Part shown: one piece after another, positions 18,756-23,829 of the stretch | Layout of the letters: every line of letters starts with the position of its first letter | Position numbering within the stretch: the first letter of the stretch is position 1 | Assembly (NCBI GenBank): GCA_018985225.1 | Contig: JADGIF010000065.1 | Location: 1-23,829 of the forward strand | Reading direction: 5' to 3' | DNA: 23,829 nt | DNA from: Amoeboradix gromovi X-113 | Taxonomy: Eukaryota > Fungi > Sanchytriomycota | Notes under the pieces: generated by a model | What the model was told of the DNA's origin: nothing | Seen by the model: the letters and a program-made list of their open reading frames with translations, nothing else | Databases searched by the model: none | Position numbers and translations under genes: made by a program

Positions 18756-19868
18756 ATGAAACACTTTTCTAATATTATTGTTGGCAGTGGTCCAGCCAGT
18801 ATAGCTCTGATTGGTAAGCTGCTGGATAAAAACATCAAGAACATCTGTTGGGTTGATCCTACCTGGACTGGCGGAAGATTGAGCCAATACTCCTTGGTTC
18901 CTAGTAATACTAAAGTTAAACTGTTTACTCAATTTGGTAAGGTTTGCAACTCTTTTTCAAACATAAATAGTCAAAGTCGTGAAAAAATGGAGACACTTGA
19001 TCCTGACTCTGGGTGTGTTCTGCAGTATCCGTGTGAAATGGTGGTTGAATATGCCAATGAGTTGATTGCTAAATTTGGAATTTACAAATATGTGGGTTGC
19101 GTAGCTGGAATTAACAAGATGGACGACGGCTTCCAAGTAGATCTTACCCAGGACTCGATTGACTTGGATTCCTCTGCCCCATTTTACGGTTGTTCGGTTT
19201 CAGACTCATTTTCTTGCGATGCCATTTATCTAACAACAGGATCTAAACCATTGGTTCCATCAAATGGTGCACATACATACAATCCCGAAGCTCAAATCTT
19301 GCCGTTGGACATCTCTTTAGACCCTCTAAAATTAGCACATCGAATTCCGCCAAACTCAAAAATAGCGGTAATTGGTAACAGTCACTCTGCTATCCTAGTC
19401 CTACGAAACCTGAGCCAAATACAATGTAATGTCACTTGTTTCTATCGTAGACCCATTAAATATGCAATTTATGAAGATGGTTGGATTAGGTTTGATAACA
19501 CTGGACTGAAGGGCGAGGCCGCGTTATGGGCAAAGAATGAACTGCCAAAAACAAAAAATGTAAAGATGATCCAGCTTTTAAATGATGAGAAACAATTTCT
19601 GCAACATATGCCTGAAATTGATTTTGTAGTTTATGCTATTGGTTACGTACCTAGATCATTACCAATCATTAAGATAAACAGTAGGGTAGTATATAATATT
19701 AAGCATGACAATTCTAACGGTCAGATATACAGCAATGACGTTAAAATTGACAATTTGTATGGGTTTGGAGTTGCCTTTCCTGAGCAAGTCACTGACAGAG
19801 TTGGGAATGTAGAAATGAGTGTTGGGATGTGGAAGTTCATGAACTATATGAACAAAGTATTTGGTTAA
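18756..19868 (+). CDS. FAD/NAD(P)-binding oxidoreductase (pyridine nucleotide-disulfide oxidoreductase-like)
   Basis: IIVGSGPAS, GGRL…VPSNTKV, TTGSKP, AVIGNSHSA, DNTGLKG, YAIGY, YGFGVAFPE. Confidence 0.85.
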   Translation: MKHFSNIIVGSGPASIALIGKLLDKNIKNICWVDPTWTGGRLSQYSLVPSNTKVKLFTQFGKVCNSFSNINSQSREKMETLDPDSGCVLQYPCEMVVEYANELIAKFGIYKYVGCVAGINKMDDGFQVDLTQDSIDLDSSAPFYGCSVSDSFSCDAIYLTTGSKPLVPSNGAHTYNPEAQILPLDISLDPLKLAHRIPPNSKIAVIGNSHSAILVLRNLSQIQCNVTCFYRRPIKYAIYEDGWIRFDNTGLKGEAALWAKNELPKTKNVKMIQLLNDEKQFLQHMPEIDFVVYAIGYVPRSLPIIKINSRVVYNIKHDNSNGQIYSNDVKIDNLYGFGVAFPEQVTDRVGNVEMSVGMWKFMNYMNKVFG

Positions 19869-19894
19869 AAATAAATATGTTTATTATTTCAAGA

Positions 19895-20839
19895 TCACAC
19901 GCTATGAGTCGGGCTGTTCTCTTGTGACTGTTGAGAATCGCTCGCAAATGACACTCTTCTGGCTTTGTCGCCAGGACTTGATCCGCTGCTATTGCTCTCT
20001 TTTAAGCATGACTTTTGAGGCGATTTTAGTTCTCTAGCACTAGTTGTTTTACGCAATGGTTTAAATTCTAAAAATTCCTCAATACTCTCTGCAGATTGCA
20101 AAGGCTGCATCATTATTTCACCGCGAACATCTATAGGAGAAGGTGTTATCGGCTGCTTGTTTATTTTAGGAGTGAACTGATAAAAAAGTTTGTCGAGTTC
20201 AATTAAAGAAGTAGTTTGAGCCAAAGGATTAGGCAGTGATTGCAAACTAATTTCACTAGGAACTTGCTTAATTGAACTAACATCCCATCGAGCATATTCG
20301 CCTTCTGTAGGCGTTGTGTATTTGAAAAGTAGTTTGTACTTCAGATCCAAATTGAGTTTCTTATCCCATAAGTCATTCATCCACTTGCTAAGCTGCATTT
20401 CTTTCTTCAGGAACCTCTGACCATTAGAGGTATCTTGAATTCCTATCTTGCGCATGTCCATATAATCATTAATGTCGTCTAAAGTTGAGGCAGAACCAAA
20501 TTTATCATCATTTAGAATGCATTGGTATTCATACATTAATAAACCGCGCCATAGCAACTTACGCCTTCTGTCGATTGGGGACTTAAAAAGCACAACTTCA
20601 ATCAGTGGCGTATCCATTAGATGCTTGTCGCACTTTGTAAAGCTCTGTATTAACCTCAATGTGAGCTTGCAGTTATAGATAGCAATGTCCTTTAGCGCAG
20701 CCGCTAACCAGTCCTTTGTCAGCAAGGGAGCCATAAGTAACTGAACAGCGATTAAAATCCAGAACAGAAACACAAACGACGGCAACAAGAACAAATAAAG
20801 TATACCGGTGATCAAAAAAATGTAGTATCTCTTTGTCAT
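19895..20839 (-). CDS. Hypothetical protein; hydrophobic N-terminus, disordered C-terminus with KSCLK and RRVSF motifs
   Basis: 314-aa ORF with AATAAA just after the stop. No family recognised. Confidence 0.7.
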   Translation of the reverse strand: MTKRYYIFLITGILYLFLLPSFVFLFWILIAVQLLMAPLLTKDWLAAALKDIAIYNCKLTLRLIQSFTKCDKHLMDTPLIEVVLFKSPIDRRRKLLWRGLLMYEYQCILNDDKFGSASTLDDINDYMDMRKIGIQDTSNGQRFLKKEMQLSKWMNDLWDKKLNLDLKYKLLFKYTTPTEGEYARWDVSSIKQVPSEISLQSLPNPLAQTTSLIELDKLFYQFTPKINKQPITPSPIDVRGEIMMQPLQSAESIEEFLEFKPLRKTTSARELKSPQKSCLKESNSSGSSPGDKARRVSFASDSQQSQENSPTHSV

Positions 20840-21259
20840 AATTTATAATAGAAAGGTTTTAGAATGTTCGAAAAATATTTATGATATATTACGAAAAATA
20901 GACAGGGTGACATTGAAAACAATCTCATAGGGTCCAAGATTACTCCAGTTTACCCACTGTGGTGTGGCTGTGGATTGAAACGTAAGCACGCACTACAACA
21001 ATTTTCACCTTAGAGAAAATTTAATAAGCGATGCTTAAGGATCTTGCATGTAAAGAAGAGAAAGTAGCAACAGCAAGGTATCACTTAGATCTCAGGAGAT
21101 AAGATTTGTGATAATACTACATGATAAATACGTTAAGGATTTAATTATTGAAGGAAACTGTTTAATCAACATATATACCAAGCAAGTCGTTCCAGCGGTA
21201 TTGCAGTAAAAGAGCTCGGTAGCAGATAATGCCAAAATTTGTAAGTCTGCAGAAACGAA

Positions 21260-21534
21260 TGGGACATCAAATATAAAAACTAGACTAACTTTCTGAAATA
21301 GTTTGAATCATTATTTCAAGTGTGTGTCAACCGATAGTAAATTAAATTAAATTAATCTTATTGGTTGCACCTTTTGCTTAGACACTCAGAGACCCTATAT
21401 ATTTTAAAGAGGGGAATGACATTAATGAAAGAAAATTGGTTTAAAAGAAGGACTTTTATTAATAATAGTATTTCCTCCTTATGGAGCACCTCCTTTAAAG
21501 ACGACTTGATCCAGTTTTTATATTTGGTGTCCCA
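21260..21534. mobile_element. Complete 275-bp MITE-like element
   Basis: TIRs match at 23/25 (TGGGACAYCAAATATAAAAACTRGA). The left end is repeated at 12526 and the right half at 36-171. Confidence 0.88.
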
Positions 21535-21811
21535 AATGTTACTATTGAGCTGGAGCTACTAAATACTATCAACACACTGTTGGGAGTAACAAAGAATGTT
21601 CAGAAGTTGAGAGTTGTAGTTGCTGAAGTTAGTCAGCTAGAGAACCAAAGAGCTACTTGTGTTAAACGCAAGGAAGAGCTATTGGTGTTGATGAATTTAA
21701 TCAGGTAAGATGCCAACAAATTGGAAAAAATTGTTGATGATAAATTATGGCCATACTTCAAATATATTGAAATGTTGTACTAGGTTTTACAATAAAAGCG
21801 GGTTTTATTAC

Positions 21812-22903
21812 TTATTTATTCAATTCTGTTCGCAGCTTCGACAGATAGTCGTCACCATTTATGTATGCACCACACACATGCCTTTGCCCTACAAATGCTC
21901 TGCGGCCATGTAAGAATCTGTGGTTGTCTACTATAACAGCTAGTCCTGGTTTCAATTCTGCGCTCCATGTAATTTTGTTCAATATTTGCTGATACTCGTC
22001 AAGGGCAGCATAGTAATCAGTCATTGTTGCGTTAACAGCTGATAGTTGAGCACTTACATCATAATCCAAAGGACTTCTATCATCGGGGTTCCACCTTACG
22101 ACATTGTGACTGCTTAATGATTGAATGACAGGAAATCTACTAAGAATCTTAACATTCGAATCGCCAGTGCAATGTGCTTTTAAGGAGACAGAACTTAATA
22201 ATTTAAAGCTAAATTTACTTAGATTAGAAATGGCTTTGTATCCATCAGCATATGTGCTGCTTCCGCCTTTGCCATTAAACTTCAATACATGAAAGAGCTG
22301 AAGTCTTATTGGGTCAGTGAAGTAGGTGGTGTCTGTGTGCACAGCCAAGGAAGCGTTAGAGTAAGCACTATCCTTGTGTTTATAGTCTGCGGTAAAATCC
22401 CAAAGGGTGCCAAAATGGGTGGGTCTAATAAATGCAATTCTATTAGCAATTCGACTAGTGGCTAATTTAGTGGGCGGTGTATTCTTAATAAAGCAAATTC
22501 CGTATTGATATATGTTAACAAGGAGATCAAGCAAATTGCTATCAAGCTGATTATAGTCCATGCAGATGGATTTGTAATCCGCAGGATATAAAACACTGAG
22601 ACTGCTAAATTCATTGCAGCTGGTTGGGTAAGTATACTGATGCTTCAGTAGCCATTTCTCAGTAAAACTGGATTGATGCTTCTCCCATTTGACAATTAGT
22701 TGATGGTTTTCCACGCTCAACTTGGGTTTGGAAAACGAAATCGGGAGTGATATTTTTTGGTTTGTTATTGAGTCTACATTGCAAGGGTCATGATCATGTA
22801 ACCAGACGTAGTCAAAGTAATAAATCTTATTTCTGATCGACAAGCTCACATGCTTTGAGTGCAATGACTCAATACTCAGACTGCGAGCGAACTGATAAAA
22901 CAT
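21812..22903 (-). CDS. Trimethyllysine dioxygenase (TauD-family Fe/2OG enzyme, carnitine biosynthesis), likely mitochondrial
   Basis: HTDTTYFTDP..LQLFH, DNHRFLHGRRAF.G.R..CGAYI..DDY and N-terminal WLHDH. The start resembles a presequence (MFYQFARSLS). Confidence 0.9.
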   Translation of the reverse strand: MFYQFARSLSIESLHSKHVSLSIRNKIYYFDYVWLHDHDPCNVDSITNQKISLPISFSKPKLSVENHQLIVKWEKHQSSFTEKWLLKHQYTYPTSCNEFSSLSVLYPADYKSICMDYNQLDSNLLDLLVNIYQYGICFIKNTPPTKLATSRIANRIAFIRPTHFGTLWDFTADYKHKDSAYSNASLAVHTDTTYFTDPIRLQLFHVLKFNGKGGSSTYADGYKAISNLSKFSFKLLSSVSLKAHCTGDSNVKILSRFPVIQSLSSHNVVRWNPDDRSPLDYDVSAQLSAVNATMTDYYAALDEYQQILNKITWSAELKPGLAVIVDNHRFLHGRRAFVGQRHVCGAYINGDDYLSKLRTELNK

Positions 22904-22917
22904 GTGGGAAAAAACAT

Positions 22918-23282
22918 TTATTTAGCTTTCACGAGGTCGACATTACGCAATGCTTGGGCAAATAGCTCTTGCTGAACACCCTTTTTCTAATTCTGAATTG
23001 GTTCTCTTCAAAATAGTATCAAACATTCTCTGTTTTTAACTTTCCTTTTGAGATTGTACAAATCGGTACGAGACATCCAACTTGTGCGGTACTTGGTTCG
23101 TCAGCTCAGTTCTCTGTTTCAATTCATATGCTTCATTTTCCAGTTCAATCAGCTCTTGCTCAAAGTAAATAGGTTTTTGTTTCTGGAACAATATTGCTCA
23201 ACTTGCTAGTTCAGAGTTTTGTTGATGAGAATCAGTTAATATTTAAATCATATTAGTAATGTACGCATCTGCTGTTTCTATA
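22918..23282 (-). pseudogene. ATP4: Pseudogene fragment of mitochondrial ATP synthase subunit b/4 (C-terminal half)
   Basis: Manual translation gives …LFQKQK..ELIELENEAYELKQRTELTNQVPHKLDVSYRFVQSQKES*KQRMFDTILKRTNSELEK/GVQQELFAQALRNVDLVKAK*, following the ATP4 pattern LExxAYELxQ…LD..VR…. Stops at 23245-43, 23200-198 and 23038-36; frameshift near 22980. Confidence 0.7.
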
Positions 23283-23308
23283 TAAGCAGGTTTCGATTGC
23301 TTATATAG
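23278..23308. repeat. Perfect 11-bp inverted repeat (hairpin, 9-nt loop)
   Basis: CTATATAAGCA-GGTTTCGAT-TGCTTATATAG. Confidence 0.85.
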
Positions 23309-23379
23309 TGTCCCGCCTATAGTCACGAATGAAACGAACAAGATACTTTTCTAATTTTAATTATTTTGCTACAATTTTT

Positions 23380-23829
23380 TACCTCTTCGTCCTTGAAATC
23401 AAGGATTGGCGGGAAGAAATTGAAAGTTACTTAACGTTACTAAAACCCTGGAGTGAATTTGAAGATGGATGCACAAATTTCAACAATATGTTCTTCGTTA
23501 CCATATGGTCTTTATCTGCTGGTAAATTAAAAATTTCAAGGTTAATGTCTCTATTTTGGTTTATTCAGAGTTATGTAATTGTAGAGACTTGGCTAATAAA
23601 TGCTTCATCACATTCTACCAAGATCTTTTTATTTCCTTGGACTGCAGTTTCATTTATAGAACGTTTTCTGAGTGCAATAGACTGTATTATATTGTTTTGC
23701 GCTGTCTTCAGATTTAAATGTTCTGGATTGGTTTCGAGATAGCTGCCATAGATATGAAGGACTACATAGTCTACTCAATTAGAGATTATAGTAAGAAGTA
23801 CCACTGGAGAAACAAAATTCATGAAGACG
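23380..23829 (-). pseudogene. Degenerate Merlin/IS1595(ISXO2)-like DDE transposase (5' part runs off the window)
   Basis: One minus-strand frame reads …GNKKILVECDEAFI (first catalytic D block, 23618-23595)…L*I…IFNLPADKDHMVTKNILLKFVHPSSNSLQGFSNVK*, resembling …IIxxxVxPGSxIxTDxWxGYxxL. It has four in-frame stops. Confidence 0.6.

Noticed and set aside
19137-19151. In-frame 15-nt GTAGATCTTACCCAG in the oxidoreductase as a hidden intron
   Set aside because: It has A at -6, but the ORF is intact without splicing and the length and CAG end differ from the four supported introns. Only RNA data could rescue it.
640-20678. Short ORFs overlapping real genes (e.g. 640-900, 2387-2695, 5904-6173, 6964-7299, 11680-12000, 17070-17324, 20472-20678)
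   Set aside because: Antisense or alternate-frame shadows of well-supported CDSs, with no motifs.
21365-21562. 65-aa ORF (likewise 12233-12427 and 12946-13137)
   Set aside because: These lie within or run into non-coding TIR elements, and 21365 and 12946 have non-ATG starts.
23329-23742. 137-aa plus-strand ORF
   Set aside because: No recognisable motifs; it is the antisense shadow of the transposase relic.
1-23829. CRISPR arrays, tRNA/rRNA genes, prokaryotic operon or defence system
   Set aside because: No regularly spaced repeats, cloverleafs or rRNA motifs were seen, and the gene content is eukaryotic.

Overview
AT-rich, very gene-dense eukaryotic nuclear DNA read with the standard genetic code. 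The gene set (Cdc11-type septin, SEY1, THR1, NOP14, mitochondrial MRP17/ORT1/TMLD, an OFD1-like LisH centriolar protein) points to a mitochondriate, probably flagellated, early-diverging fungus or close relative with a reduced genome. That placement is inference only. I find 16 apparently intact genes packed into tight clusters, some 9-26 nt apart, nearly all with AATAAA/AGTAAA fused to the stop codon. The spacers between clusters hold decayed genes (an ATP4 fragment, two Merlin/IS1595-like transposase relics) and a family of small TIR elements with (C)ATATGGGACA ends. Main finding: four genes that look broken in the ORF track (SEY1, a triple-dsRBD protein, the septin, the OFD1-like gene) are each repaired by one ultra-short GT-AG intron of 19, 19, 19 and 20 nt. 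All four share the layout GTA-N8/9-T-W-A-Y-N-TAG, with the putative branch A exactly 6 nt from the 3' end. This suggests a miniaturised, fixed-geometry spliceosomal intron system.
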